Shown piece after piece: positions 1-9,780 of a stretch of DNA of 52,499 nucleotides (the first letter of the stretch is position 1; the number at the start of each line of letters is the position of its first letter). The stretch is taken from contig JBGGMJ010000009.1 of NCBI GenBank assembly GCA_041288095.1, positions 1 through 52,499 on the forward strand, written 5' to 3'. Position numbers and translations under genes: made by a program. The notes beneath the pieces are model-generated. The model saw only the letters and a program-made list of their open reading frames with translations. It did not search any database and was not told the origin of the DNA. Source of the DNA: Myxococcota bacterium. Lineage in GTDB: Bacteria; Myxococcota; XYA12-FULL-58-9; JALHOP01.

Positions 1-1
1 G

Positions 2-1192
2 ATCAAGTCGCGGCTCCTCGCTTTGGCAAACCGACAAGCAAAGCCGAAGCGGCGGCGCGCCGATGCGGCGTCTGGGCTCGCCGGCTCCGTCCGCTCCAAC
101 GCACGCGGCGAGTTGCACGTCGTCGGCCAAGCTTTCGACCCCGACCACTTGCAGGGCTCCGCCCGTTTGCGTCGCGGTCTCGTCGCGACCGGTTAGCTGA
201 TCGCCAAGCTCGCCCTCGACGAGCGTCTGACGCCGATCGACTTCAGCCGCGCCTTGTACATCGACACCGAGACCACCGGCCTGTCGCACGGTGCCGGCAC
301 TTTGCCTTTCCTGATCGGCATGGCCTGGTTCGACGGCACCGCGGTGCGGGTCGAGCAACTCGTGCTGCGAAAGCCCGGTGAAGAAGGTCCGATGCTCGAG
401 GAGCTGGCGATGCGGATCGCGTCGTCGTCATGCATCGTCAGTTACAACGGCAAGAGCTTCGATTGGCCGCTTTTGCGGACGCGGTTCGTCTTGAATCGCA
501 TGAAGGTGCCCGAGCCCGCGGCGCACGTCGATCTCTTGCACTGCGCCCGGCGCGTCTTTCGCCGGCGGCTCACCAACGTCCAGCTCACCGAGCTCGAGCG
601 CGAGGTCTTGGCGCTCACACGCCACGACGACGTCGGCGGGGCGCAGATCCCCGCCATTTACATGGACTTCCTGCGGGGCAAGGACGGCGCTTGTTTGAAC
701 CCCATCCTGCTGCACAACCAGCACGACCTCGTATCGCTGGTGGCGCTCTTGGGTGTGCTCGCCGACAAGATCGAGAGCGCGTCGAGCGAGGACGATCTGC
801 GTGATCAACTGGCGCTGGCCGAGCTGTCGGTGCGTGCCGGCGATGGCGACCGTGCGCATGCCTTCGCGCTGACGGCGGCGGCGGGCAGCTCCGATGTGTC
901 CGCACCCGCGCTCGTTCTCATGGCTCGCGTGCACAAGCGGCGCGGCGAGTTCGCCTCGGCTGTGGCGGCTCTCGAGCGGGCGCTCACGCATGCCGACCCC
1001 GACATCGCGCCCTTGCTCTGCCTCGAGCTCGCGAAGCTCTACGAGCGACGCCTCCGCGATCCATCGCGCGCGCTCGAGTACGCGCGCGGCGCCATCATGG
1101 CTGAGCCCGAGGTCGCCAATGCCAAGCGCATCGCGCGACTCACGAAGACCGCGTCACGCTTGGTGCTGCCGTTTCCAGCCGACTTCGAGTGA
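2..1192 (+). CDS. YprB/MrfB-like RNase H-fold (DEDD) exonuclease with C-terminal TPR-like helices; 5' truncated by window and interrupted by in-frame TAG at 194-196
   Basis: YIDTETTGL, SYNGKSFDWPLL, HVDLLH and HNQHDL motifs; helical C-terminus. The frame is open from base 2 apart from one TAG at 194; the ORF track starts at TTG 254. Confidence 0.8.
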
Positions 1193-1200
1193 GCTCGCGA

Positions 1201-1668
1201 CTAGCGCGTCGGATACGCGAGATCGAATCGGTCGATGTCGCCCTGGTATCCCGTGCTCACCAGCGCGGCTCGCAGTGCTCGCAGCGTCTCGCGATCGAAC
1301 GGCAGCGCCGGCATGCGGGAGACCATGCTCGCGAAAGCAGCCCGCGAGTCGGGACCTGTTTCGTCTTCCGGAAGGGCGTTGGTCAGGCGGCCAAGCTCGG
1401 CTGTCGAGAGCTGGCGAAGCGTCGTCTCGATGGTGCCATTCTTGATGCCGGCTTCGAAGGCCTCGCGGATCGCCCCGGAGTCGCTCTCGAGGGCGGCCTT
1501 TAGCTGGCGTAGGTCGCGCAGCTGCACGCGGCCCTGGGCGAGGTCGCCGTCGGCGGCGCCGTCTTGCAGAGTCTCGAAAACTTGGACCTTGCCGGCGCCA
1601 TAGGGACCCGAGGGAACCATCTGCGGGACGTACGGCGCGACTGGGACGATGCGGGCTGGATCGGACAC
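1201..1668 (-). CDS. hypothetical protein (155 aa)
   Basis: Protein-like composition; GGAG upstream of GTG; fills the gap after the Bat operon. Confidence 0.6.
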   Translation of the reverse strand: MSDPARIVPVAPYVPQMVPSGPYGAGKVQVFETLQDGAADGDLAQGRVQLRDLRQLKAALESDSGAIREAFEAGIKNGTIETTLRQLSTAELGRLTNALPEDETGPDSRAAFASMVSRMPALPFDRETLRALRAALVSTGYQGDIDRFDLAYPTR

Positions 1669-1696
1669 GAGACTCTCCCCGGAAGCTGGTGGCCGC

Positions 1697-2248
1697 TTAT
1701 CGGCGGCTCGGGCTCGCGAGGTGCGTCGTCTGGACTACCTCCTTGGCAGCCACGTAGGCAGGCCCTTCGGGGCCCTCGACCTTCAGCCAACCGTCGCGGC
1801 TCTCGAGCAGCACGAGCTCGTCACCACGGCTCAAGCGATAGCGCTCGAGGCTGTCGGTGTCGTTGGCGGCATAGGTCTTCGTATCGGCGCCGGTGACCAC
1901 CACGTAGGTGGGCTGGGCTACGTGCCATGCGACCCAGGCGCCGAGCGCGACCAGCCAGACAGCGAGGCTGATGATGAGAAGGCTCTTCTGGACGCGCCGG
2001 CCTATCGCTATGCAAAGGGCGATGTTCACGAGCACGAGCAGCAAGGCGAAGTCGGTCGTGCCGACGGGCAGCGGCGCATCGACGTGCACGTGGCTGCCGC
2101 TGGCGGTTCGCGCGGCTTCGAGGGCGGCCGCGATCTCGGTGTCGCGGGGGGCGGCGGCGCGGGCGGCGAGGAGGCTCGCTATAGCGGTTGGATGGTCCTC
2201 TCGTCCCAGGGCCGTCACGCCGGCGTCGAATGCTTCGTTCGCGGTCAC
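1697..2248 (-). CDS. BatE-like protein (TPR-like N-terminus, two TM helices, SH3-like C-terminus)
   Basis: Two hydrophobic segments; SH3b-like LSRGDELVLLESRDGWLKV; 4-nt overlap with the BatD-like gene. Confidence 0.75.
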   Translation of the reverse strand: MTANEAFDAGVTALGREDHPTAIASLLAARAAAPRDTEIAAALEAARTASGSHVHVDAPLPVGTTDFALLLVLVNIALCIAIGRRVQKSLLIISLAVWLVALGAWVAWHVAQPTYVVVTGADTKTYAANDTDSLERYRLSRGDELVLLESRDGWLKVEGPEGPAYVAAKEVVQTTHLASPSRR

Positions 2249-3948
2249 GCAGCCTCCACGAAGCCGCGCGCCAAGGCGATGGCGTCGCCCTTGAGGTCAG
2301 CTTGACCGCGCGCATGACCGTAAAGAGCGGCATCGCAAGCCGCGAGCACCGACTTGGCGCGGCTAACGAGGGCCGTGTCGAGACCGGTCGCGGCGAGGGC
2401 CGTCAGCGCTTCGTCGCTGGATAGGGCGGCGCCGTGGTGCTGGATGCGGTTGCCGATGAGCTCGCGCACGACGCGCGAAACTTCGTGGGCATCGTTGCCG
2501 AGCCGCTCGAGCTCGTGGAGAGCGCGTCTCGCTGCGTCGCGTCGCTGCTTCTTGAGCGCACCACCTGGGGACGGTGAGCGGCGGAAGCGAACGAGGAACG
2601 CCATGGCCAACGGTAGAGCGATGAGCAGCGCGAGGCGCGGACCATCGAGCCAGGCAGTCGGACCGCCCTGGGAGCGGCGCAGCGCGAATGCGGAGCGGCG
2701 TGTCGGTTGCTCGAGACGTGGCGCGGGACTCGCCTCGGGTTGCGTCGGCGCCGCCAGGGCGGCGGCAGGCACGTCGGCGCCGGCGATGCGCAAAGTCAGC
2801 GGCTGGGCCTCCGCTTTAGCGTAGGCGCGGCGCCTGGGGTCGAAGTAGACGAGGCTCGGCGCCGCGATCTGGATGTCGGTCGCTGACTGCGCGACCAAGG
2901 CTTTTTGGAAAGTGCGCTCGCCGATGAGCTCGTTCCCGCCGGTGTCGTAGCGCAAGGTCGGCTTGTCATCGTAGACCTTGACGGCGTTGCCGAACGGAAT
3001 CCGCGGCTCGGGCGCGGCCGTCATCTCGGCATTCCCTCGTACGCTGAGCGAAAGCGTCACCGAGTCACCGGTGTGCGCTTCCGTCTTGCTCAAGACGGCA
3101 CCGATGCTGACGTCGCCGACCAGGCCCGAAAATCCCGCGGGCGGGGGAGGGAGAGCTTCGATCGCCAGCCGCGGCGCGTTGCTGCGCACGGCTTTGCGGA
3201 CACCAGTGTTGCCGAAGATGCTGCCGAAGTCGTCTCCGCGCCGGCGGTTGCGCTCGACCGTGCAATTGAGACGCACCGGAGCGAGCTCGAGGACCCCGGG
3301 CCTGTCCGCGAAAACGGCCTTGCGGACCTCGACGACCGAAACGTCTTCGCCGTCGACGTGGGTGCGGTACTGCCGTTGCTCGCCGAGGTCGTAAGAAGCC
3401 GCGTTCGGGAAGTCCGGGAGCTTGAGGCTGGGGCACGACGCATCGACGCGCGCCCAGACCTTCAGTGTGTAGACCAGCTGCTCGCCGACGAAGGCGGATT
3501 GACGCGGCCCACTCGCCGGCACGAGCTCGGCGGTGAGGTAGATCTCCTCGCCTCCCTGACCGGGCGTCGTGCTCGCCGCCGCCACGAAGAGCTGCACAGG
3601 CTCGGTCGCCATGCGCGTGCCGTCGACGACGACGGGAATCGCGGGGACGGTGAGCGTGCCGGCGTGCTTCGGGACCAGCGTGAAGGTGTAACGCGTGCTC
3701 GAGCTCATACGCCCGTTGATGATCGACACCTGGTTCGATTGACCCGACGCCTGCGTCTCGAAGTCGGCGTTCATGCTGCTCGGGAGCTCGGGAGTGTCGG
3801 CGCTGCCGACGACCTGGATGGTGAGCGTCACCTCGTCGTCGAGGCTTGCGCGGCCGCGATCGAGGGTCGCGCGGGCGCTGCCGGCGAACGCTTCCGCGGA
3901 CAAGAAGGTGATGGCGAGAAAGGCGAGGCGGGGCATGCGAGTCACCAA
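2245..3948 (-). CDS. batD: BatD family protein
   Basis: Signal peptide, SNQVSIINGRMSSS motif, beta-rich repeats, late TM helix; operon position. Confidence 0.85.
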   Translation of the reverse strand: MVTRMPRLAFLAITFLSAEAFAGSARATLDRGRASLDDEVTLTIQVVGSADTPELPSSMNADFETQASGQSNQVSIINGRMSSSTRYTFTLVPKHAGTLTVPAIPVVVDGTRMATEPVQLFVAAASTTPGQGGEEIYLTAELVPASGPRQSAFVGEQLVYTLKVWARVDASCPSLKLPDFPNAASYDLGEQRQYRTHVDGEDVSVVEVRKAVFADRPGVLELAPVRLNCTVERNRRRGDDFGSIFGNTGVRKAVRSNAPRLAIEALPPPPAGFSGLVGDVSIGAVLSKTEAHTGDSVTLSLSVRGNAEMTAAPEPRIPFGNAVKVYDDKPTLRYDTGGNELIGERTFQKALVAQSATDIQIAAPSLVYFDPRRRAYAKAEAQPLTLRIAGADVPAAALAAPTQPEASPAPRLEQPTRRSAFALRRSQGGPTAWLDGPRLALLIALPLAMAFLVRFRRSPSPGGALKKQRRDAARRALHELERLGNDAHEVSRVVRELIGNRIQHHGAALSSDEALTALAATGLDTALVSRAKSVLAACDAALYGHARGQADLKGDAIALARGFVEAA

Positions 3949-4664
3949 TCCTTGCCGGAGCGCGAGTGCTTCTGGCGAAGGCGGGAGCGCGGGCGTTTCT
4001 CATCGACCCGCTCGAGGAGGCGAGCGGCCTGCTCGTCCGTCATCACGGATTTGTCGGTAGGGCGGTGCTCACGTTTGGTCGGGCCCTGCGCCTGCTCGGC
4101 CTTCGGCTGCTCGGCCTTCGGCTCATCGGCTTTCGGCTCATCGGCCTTCGGCTCATCGGCCTTCGGCTCTCGGCCATCGGCACTCGGCTTTCGGTCATCG
4201 GCTTTCGCCTCATCGTCTTTCGGCTGCCCGGCCTGCTTCTCCTCCTCCTTCTTCTGCTCCTGCTCCTGTTGCTGCTCCTCTTTCTTCTCCTTCTCCTCCA
4301 ACTTCCTCCGAGCGAGCTCCAAGTTCGCCTTAGCGTCCTCATCCCCCCCATCCGCCTTCAATGCCTGCTCGTAACTCTCAATCGCCCCTTTGAAATTCTC
4401 CTGCTTGAACCGCGCATTCCCCTGTCCATACAACGCACCCGCCTTGAGCTTCGCCTCCTTGGCCGCCCTCGCGAATGCTTTCTCCGCGTCCGCGAACCTC
4501 CCCGCCTTGTACAGCGCGCTTCCCAAGTCGAAATCGATGCGGGCATCCTGCGGCTTGTCCGTCAGAGCACGCGCGAGCTCCTCCACCGCCGTCACATAGT
4601 CGCCGCGCTCGTACGCCGCGACCCCGGGGTCCGCGACAAGCATCGTGAGCAAGAGCACCATCAT
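3942..4664 (-). CDS. batC: BatC-like TPR protein with charged low-complexity linker
   Basis: TPRs (FDLGSALYKAG, YGQGNARFKQ, DAKANLELA); E/K/Q-rich linker; C-terminal KDW. Confidence 0.8.
   Translation of the reverse strand: MMVLLLTMLVADPGVAAYERGDYVTAVEELARALTDKPQDARIDFDLGSALYKAGRFADAEKAFARAAKEAKLKAGALYGQGNARFKQENFKGAIESYEQALKADGGDEDAKANLELARRKLEEKEKKEEQQQEQEQKKEEEKQAGQPKDDEAKADDRKPSADGREPKADEPKADEPKADEPKAEQPKAEQAQGPTKREHRPTDKSVMTDEQAARLLERVDEKRPRSRLRQKHSRSGKDW
4084..4205. repeat. in-frame tandem repeats in batC: 15-nt units encoding PKA(D/E)(E/Q) plus six 7-nt CGGYNNT units
   Basis: 4164-4205 reads CGGCTCT CGGCCAT CGGCACT CGGCTTT CGGTCAT CGGCTTT; the protein has EPKAD repeats. Confidence 0.8.
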
Positions 4665-5665
4665 CGTGCGCGCCGCCCCCGCAGGAGCGCCTCCAGCATC
4701 AACCCAGCCGCCGCCAAGGAAACCAAGACGCGGTAGCGATCCTTCCCATGGACCCGGCGTCGCGACCCTAGATCCCGCGAAGCCACCTTCGTCTTGATCC
4801 CAGCGTAGATGCGCTCGAGGTCGTAGTCGCCGCTCGTCGATCGCACGACGTCCCCACCCGTCGCGTTGGCGACGCTAGCGAGCTGCGCCTCGTCGAGGCG
4901 GCTCAGCACCATCTCACCTTTCCGATCGCGCCGGAAACCGCCCCCGGCGAGCGGAATGGGCGCGCCTTCGCTGCGGCCAACGCCGATGCCGAAGACGCGC
5001 ACGCCTGCCTGCTTGGCCTTCTCCGCTGACGCGGCGACGTCGCCCTCGGTATCCTCGCCGTCCGTGATCAGGATGACGGCGCGGCCCTCGGCAACGCCCG
5101 CCTCGAAGGCGTTGATGGACACGTCGATGGCTTTCGCGATGGCCGTGCCCTTGGTCGAGACCAGCTCCGGCGCGACCTCGCGCACGAACAAGGCCGCGGC
5201 TTCGTAGTCCAAGGTCAGTGGTAGCTGCAGCACGGCGTCACCGGCGAAGATCACCAGGCCGATGCGGTCACCGTCGAGACGGGCGAGCAGATCCAAGATC
5301 TCGCGTCTCGCGCGCTCGAGGCGCGAGAGGCCCGCGTCGCTCTCGACATCGCGTGCCAGCATGCTGTCGGAGACGTCGAGCGCCACCATGACGTCTACGC
5401 CACGCGCCCGTACCTCCTCTTCGATGTCGCCATAGCGGACGCCAGCCAAGGCCGTGACTAGTGCCGCGAGCGACGCGCCGATCACCACGTGCCGCCAGGA
5501 GCCTCCGGGCGAGCGAGCCACCAATCGCGGTTGCAATCGCGGCGCCACCAGACGGCCGAGGCGCGAGCGCGCCAAACGCTCTCCGCGGATACCCACGAGT
5601 GTCACCAGGACGGGGACAATCAACAACCAGAGCACCCAGGCTCGTTCGACCGCGAACCCGCTCAT
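4661..5665 (-). CDS. batB: BatB-like VWA domain protein
   Basis: MIDAS DVSDSM, PLTLDY, ITDGED; N-terminal TM segments; ATG 5665 overlaps the batA stop (ATGA). Confidence 0.85.
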   Translation of the reverse strand: MSGFAVERAWVLWLLIVPVLVTLVGIRGERLARSRLGRLVAPRLQPRLVARSPGGSWRHVVIGASLAALVTALAGVRYGDIEEEVRARGVDVMVALDVSDSMLARDVESDAGLSRLERARREILDLLARLDGDRIGLVIFAGDAVLQLPLTLDYEAAALFVREVAPELVSTKGTAIAKAIDVSINAFEAGVAEGRAVILITDGEDTEGDVAASAEKAKQAGVRVFGIGVGRSEGAPIPLAGGGFRRDRKGEMVLSRLDEAQLASVANATGGDVVRSTSGDYDLERIYAGIKTKVASRDLGSRRRVHGKDRYRVLVSLAAAGLMLEALLRGRRAR

Positions 5666-6663
5666 GGCAGCGTCCGCAAGCGCGTCGATAGCAGCAATGC
5701 CTCGAAGCACAGCAAGAAGAGCGCTGGCGCCACGAATAGCGGGTAACGCTCATCGAGCTCGTGCTGCTCGGGTGCGTCGATCGCGTCTTTCTCGAGGGTG
5801 TCGATGTCCTCGTAGATGCGGGCCAGTGCCGTCGCGTCCTCGGCGCGATAGTACTTGCCGCCGGTTGTGTCCGCGATGGTGGTCAGTGTCTCTTCGTCGA
5901 GGTCGACGTCTTCGTAGAAGAGCTGGCCTTGCACGACCATGGGCGCGCGACCCTGCCGCGCCGCCCCAATGGTGTAGACCTTCACGCCGTAAGCCTTGGC
6001 GAGTCGCGCTGCTTCCTGCGGCTCGACGTTGCCGGTGTTGCTGCGGCCGTCGGTCAGCAAGACGACGATGCGCGACTTCGCCTTGTCGTCCTTCAAGCGC
6101 TTCACCGCGGTGACCAGCGCGTCACCGATTGCGGTCTGCTCGCCGGCGACGCCGATCTCGAGCCGCTCCACGAGGTTTGCGACCAGCGCATGGTCGAGCG
6201 TCAAGGGAGCCTGCGTGAACGCGAAGCTGCCGAACACCACCAAGCCGACCGCGTCATTGACGCGCGCCTGAACGAACGTGGTCACGACGTCGCGCACCAC
6301 CTCGAGCCGAGTGCGTCGCCACTCGAGCGAACGCTCGGCGTCGAGATCGAGCGCACGCATGCTGCCGGAGGTGTCGATGGCGAGGACGATGTGCAAGCCG
6401 TCGGTCGTCAGTGCCTTCTTGCCCTGTGAGCCGACCGGGCGAGCGAGGGCCCCCAAGAGCAACGCCACGGCAACGTACCGGGCGGCGACTACCCAGGGTC
6501 GCAGGCGCACGGCCCAAGTGGCGCGCAAGTCAGCGAGCGCATCGAGGCTCGAGAAACTGGCGGCGGGACGGCCCGAGGCGCGGTGGCGGATCCAAAGACA
6601 GCCCAGCCATAGGGCGAACAATGGCACCAAGGCGAGCAGCCAGCGTGCGTCCGCGAGCCTCAT
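5662..6663 (-). CDS. batA: BatA-like VWA domain protein
   Basis: ALARP, MIDAS DTSGSM, TAIGDAL, LLTDGRSNTG; start at ATG 6663 overlaps the upstream stop. Confidence 0.88.
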   Translation of the reverse strand: MRLADARWLLALVPLFALWLGCLWIRHRASGRPAASFSSLDALADLRATWAVRLRPWVVAARYVAVALLLGALARPVGSQGKKALTTDGLHIVLAIDTSGSMRALDLDAERSLEWRRTRLEVVRDVVTTFVQARVNDAVGLVVFGSFAFTQAPLTLDHALVANLVERLEIGVAGEQTAIGDALVTAVKRLKDDKAKSRIVVLLTDGRSNTGNVEPQEAARLAKAYGVKVYTIGAARQGRAPMVVQGQLFYEDVDLDEETLTTIADTTGGKYYRAEDATALARIYEDIDTLEKDAIDAPEQHELDERYPLFVAPALFLLCFEALLLSTRLRTLP

Positions 6664-7145
6664 GTGGGGCTCCGGTCGACGAGCGCCCAAGCGCGCTCGA
6701 CGCTCTCGGCGTGCTCGTCCGGAGAAGCGGGCCGACTGGCGAAACGCACGGCGTCCGCGAAAGCGAGCAGCGCCACCAGGTTCGACCGACCCTCCTCGCC
6801 GAGGGCCTTCAGCAAACGTGGCTCGGCGGTGAGCTCCTCGGTCGTCATCTCGGTGGCGTGAACGTCGAAGCTTGCCTCGATCCAGCGCCGCAACACCACG
6901 GCGATGTGACTCTGCAAGCGCTCGGCGCCGGCCTGGTCGCGGGGCCGCGTTCCACGAATCGCCGCCAGCGCGAGCCGAGCTGCTTCGGCGTCGTTGACGG
7001 CGGCTGGTGCGCGCTCCTTCCGTCGAAGCTTGCGCCAGACGAGCATCACCGCGCCGACGAGCACCAAGGCAGCGAGCAGCCACAGCCACCACGGCCAGGG
7101 CTCCGAGAGGGGTACGAGTGGCTTGATGTCGCGTAGCTCGTCCAT
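6660..7145 (-). CDS. DUF4381-like membrane-anchored Bat operon protein
   Basis: LRDIKP start, TM helix, MTTEEL and ADAVRFA motifs. Confidence 0.75.
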   Translation of the reverse strand: MDELRDIKPLVPLSEPWPWWLWLLAALVLVGAVMLVWRKLRRKERAPAAVNDAEAARLALAAIRGTRPRDQAGAERLQSHIAVVLRRWIEASFDVHATEMTTEELTAEPRLLKALGEEGRSNLVALLAFADAVRFASRPASPDEHAESVERAWALVDRSPT

Positions 7146-8053
7146 CAGCGTCGCCGGCGTCTCGTCGCGAAGAAGCGCGTCAGGATGTCTACGTAGGTGC
7201 CGTCGACCGGCAGGTCCACGAGCGGCACTCGCGCCATGCGCAGGGTCTCCGCGAGCTCGCGGCCACGGCGCGCCGCCGCCGCGGCATAGTGCTCGCGGAT
7301 CTTCGCGTCACTCGTGTCGACGAGCCGCACGGCACCCGTCTCGGCGTCGCGTAAATGCACCATGCCGACGTCGGGCAGCGCCAGCTCGTGCGCGTCGATA
7401 GGTCGCAAGGCGATGACCTCGTGATGCGAGGCGACCGCGCCGAGCACGTCCTCGTAGCCTCGGGCGATGAAGTCCGAGACGAGAAACACGACGGCGCGTC
7501 GGCGTTGCACGCGGCGCAAATAGTCGAGCGCCGCGGTGACGTCGGTGCCGGTCCCCTCGGGCTCGAAGGTGAGCAGCTCGCGGATCAAGCGCGCCACCTG
7601 CGCGCGACCTTTACGCGGCGGCACGTAGCGCTCGACTCGATCGGTGAACAGCCCGATGCCGACGCGGTCATTGGTGGCCGTGGCCGCGAATGCAAGCAAG
7701 GCCGCGAGCTCGGCGGCCATCTCGCGCTTGCTGCGCATGACGCTGCCGAAGCTCCCGGATGCGCTCATGTCGACGAGCAGCAAGATGGTCAGCTCTCGTT
7801 CGGTGCGATGCTCCTTCACGAAGGCGCGGGCGCCTTCACCCGAATGCGCGCGGGCAGTGACGTTCCAATCGATGCGGCGCACGTCATCGCCGGGCATGTA
7901 TTCGCGCACTTGATCGAGCTCGGTGCCTCGGCCCTTGAAAGCACTCGCGAACGCTCCGGTGAACAGCTCGCTCGACAGCCGGCGCGCACGAATGCGTAGC
8001 CGGCGGGCTCGTGCCGCAAGCTCTGGGTCGAGCGTGGGACGCCTCGCTTCCAT
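7145..8053 (-). CDS. DUF58 domain protein
   Basis: FKGRG, VREYMPGDDVRRIDWNVTAR, DMSASG, VSDF. Confidence 0.92.
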   Translation of the reverse strand: MEARRPTLDPELAARARRLRIRARRLSSELFTGAFASAFKGRGTELDQVREYMPGDDVRRIDWNVTARAHSGEGARAFVKEHRTERELTILLLVDMSASGSFGSVMRSKREMAAELAALLAFAATATNDRVGIGLFTDRVERYVPPRKGRAQVARLIRELLTFEPEGTGTDVTAALDYLRRVQRRRAVVFLVSDFIARGYEDVLGAVASHHEVIALRPIDAHELALPDVGMVHLRDAETGAVRLVDTSDAKIREHYAAAAARRGRELAETLRMARVPLVDLPVDGTYVDILTRFFATRRRRR

Positions 8054-8079
8054 AAGTGCTTAACGAGCTCCGATCGACC

Positions 8080-9057
8080 TCATGGTACGTCCACCGATGC
8101 GAGCACATCGCGCACGATCCGCTCGCCAGTCAGCTCCTGCGCCTCGGCCTCGTAGGTCGGTAGTACGCGATGGCGGAGCACGTCGGGCGCGACCGTCTTG
8201 ACGTCGTGCGGTGTCGCGTAGGTGCGGCCCTGCATCAAGGCGTGCACGCGCGCCGCTTTGACCAGAGCGATGCTCGCGCGCGGCGAGGCTCCGAAGGCGA
8301 TGAACTTCGAAAGCTTCGCGAGCCCATACGCCTCGGGCTTGCGCGTCGCGAAGACCAGGTCGACGATGTAGTCCTCGAGTCGCGTGTCGAGGTGCACGGC
8401 ATCCGCGACCTCGCGCGCCGCCATGATGTCCCGCGGGTGCACGACCGCGCTAACCCGCGGCGTCTCGCGCCCACTCATGCGCCGCATGATCTCCTTCTCG
8501 GCGGCCTTGTCCGGGTAGTCGACCGTGAGCTTGAGCATGAAGCGGTCGACCTGCGCTTCGGGCAGCGGGTACGTACCCTCCTGCTCGATCGGGTTTTGCG
8601 TTGCCAGGACCAGGAACGGCGAGGGCAGGGCATGCGTGGTATCGCCCAGCGTCACCTGGCGCTCCTGCATGGCCTCGAGCAACGCGCTCTGTACCTTGGC
8701 GGGAGCGCGGTTCACTTCGTCGGCAAGCACCAAGCTCGCGAACAGCGGCCCTTTCTTCACGGTGAAAGCGCCGGTCTGCGGCCGGTAGACCTCGGTGCCC
8801 GTGAGGTCCGCCGGTAGCAAATCGGGCGTGAACTGGATGCGCGAGAAAGTGGTCTCGACCGCCCCCGCCAGAGCCTTCACCGCCGTGGTTTTGGCGAGGC
8901 CGGGGATGCCCTCTATGAGCACATGACCGTCGGCGACCAAGGCGAGGAGGAGCCGGTCCACCAGCGTTCCCTGACCCACGACCACTTTGGAGACTTCGTC
9001 GCGAATGCGGCCCAGCATCGCCGCGGTTTCCTGCACGGTGCGTTCGTCGAGACTCAT
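8080..9057 (-). CDS. moxR: MoxR family AAA+ ATPase
   Basis: Walker A GIPGLAKT, RIQFTPDLLPAD, DEVNRAPAKVQSALLEAM, ATQNPIEQEGTYPLPEAQVDRF. Confidence 0.96.
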   Translation of the reverse strand: MSLDERTVQETAAMLGRIRDEVSKVVVGQGTLVDRLLLALVADGHVLIEGIPGLAKTTAVKALAGAVETTFSRIQFTPDLLPADLTGTEVYRPQTGAFTVKKGPLFASLVLADEVNRAPAKVQSALLEAMQERQVTLGDTTHALPSPFLVLATQNPIEQEGTYPLPEAQVDRFMLKLTVDYPDKAAEKEIMRRMSGRETPRVSAVVHPRDIMAAREVADAVHLDTRLEDYIVDLVFATRKPEAYGLAKLSKFIAFGASPRASIALVKAARVHALMQGRTYATPHDVKTVAPDVLRHRVLPTYEAEAQELTGERIVRDVLASVDVP

Positions 9058-9065
9058 GTGCTCCC

Positions 9066-9665
9066 TTAACCCCTGTCGGCCGGGTCGAGATTCCAGGGCC
9101 GCCTGAAGGCGCCTTCTAGAAGCTCGGCGTGCGGCGCGGCAATGACTTCCGCGTCGAGGAGCGCCTCACCCAGGCTGGCGCCAAGGAATCTGCTCGCTTC
9201 CTCGATATCGGCTTGCGCGCCGCGGAGCGTGAAGAAGCCGCGACCTCCGAAGCCGGTTGCCAGGTGCATGCGCTCGATCCGTACCTCGGTCGCTTTGACC
9301 GCGAGGTCGGCGGCGCTGATGGTCGTCGCTACCGTCGCGAGCTCGAAGATACCGAGCGGATCCGCGTTGGGCACCAGCCGGTCGCCACGCACCGCCGCGA
9401 TGACGGCGGGATGCACACCAGGCAGGAACAAGCGGTCGATGCGGCGCGATCCCAGGCCATCTTCCGCCGCCGCGAGGCTCTCCTCGACCGAGGCGACGTC
9501 CCCGGTCATCAGGAGCACCACTTTGTTCGGACTTACCGGCGCGCACGCAAGAATCTTCACCGGCGCGCGCTTCAAGGCGGCATCCTGAGCCCGCAAAGCC
9601 CGCGGCAGGCCGTCGATTTCCAGCAGACCGATGGCCTCGGCGGAGATGAAAGTCGCGGAAGGCAT
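9066..9665 (-). CDS. tandem BMC-domain microcompartment shell protein (BMC-T)
   Basis: Two BMC repeats: GLLE...DAALKRA...GDVASVEES and GIFE...AADLAVKA...GFFTLRGAQADIEEA; resembles Haliangium ochraceum single-layer BMC-T as recalled. Confidence 0.88.
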   Translation of the reverse strand: MPSATFISAEAIGLLEIDGLPRALRAQDAALKRAPVKILACAPVSPNKVVLLMTGDVASVEESLAAAEDGLGSRRIDRLFLPGVHPAVIAAVRGDRLVPNADPLGIFELATVATTISAADLAVKATEVRIERMHLATGFGGRGFFTLRGAQADIEEASRFLGASLGEALLDAEVIAAPHAELLEGAFRRPWNLDPADRG

Positions 9666-9780
9666 GGTCGCCGCGCGGTTTTACACGTCCAGGGTGGGTG
9701 ATTGGAAGCGCGCGTCGGCAGGCGCTGACCATGGAAAACCTGACCTTGACACGCTTTGGGGGGTCCCCGATCCTGGTTTC

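Noticed and set aside
194-196. Genome-wide TAG reassignment or pyrrolysine
   Set aside because: TAG terminates several intact genes here (e.g. cysS, the kinase), and no pyl genes are seen.
6664-7092. N-terminal extensions in the ORF track (batA; also M48 to 15797, PilZ to 24359, tube gene from 47997)
   Set aside because: They overlap upstream genes; downstream starts give signal peptides or stop-start coupling.
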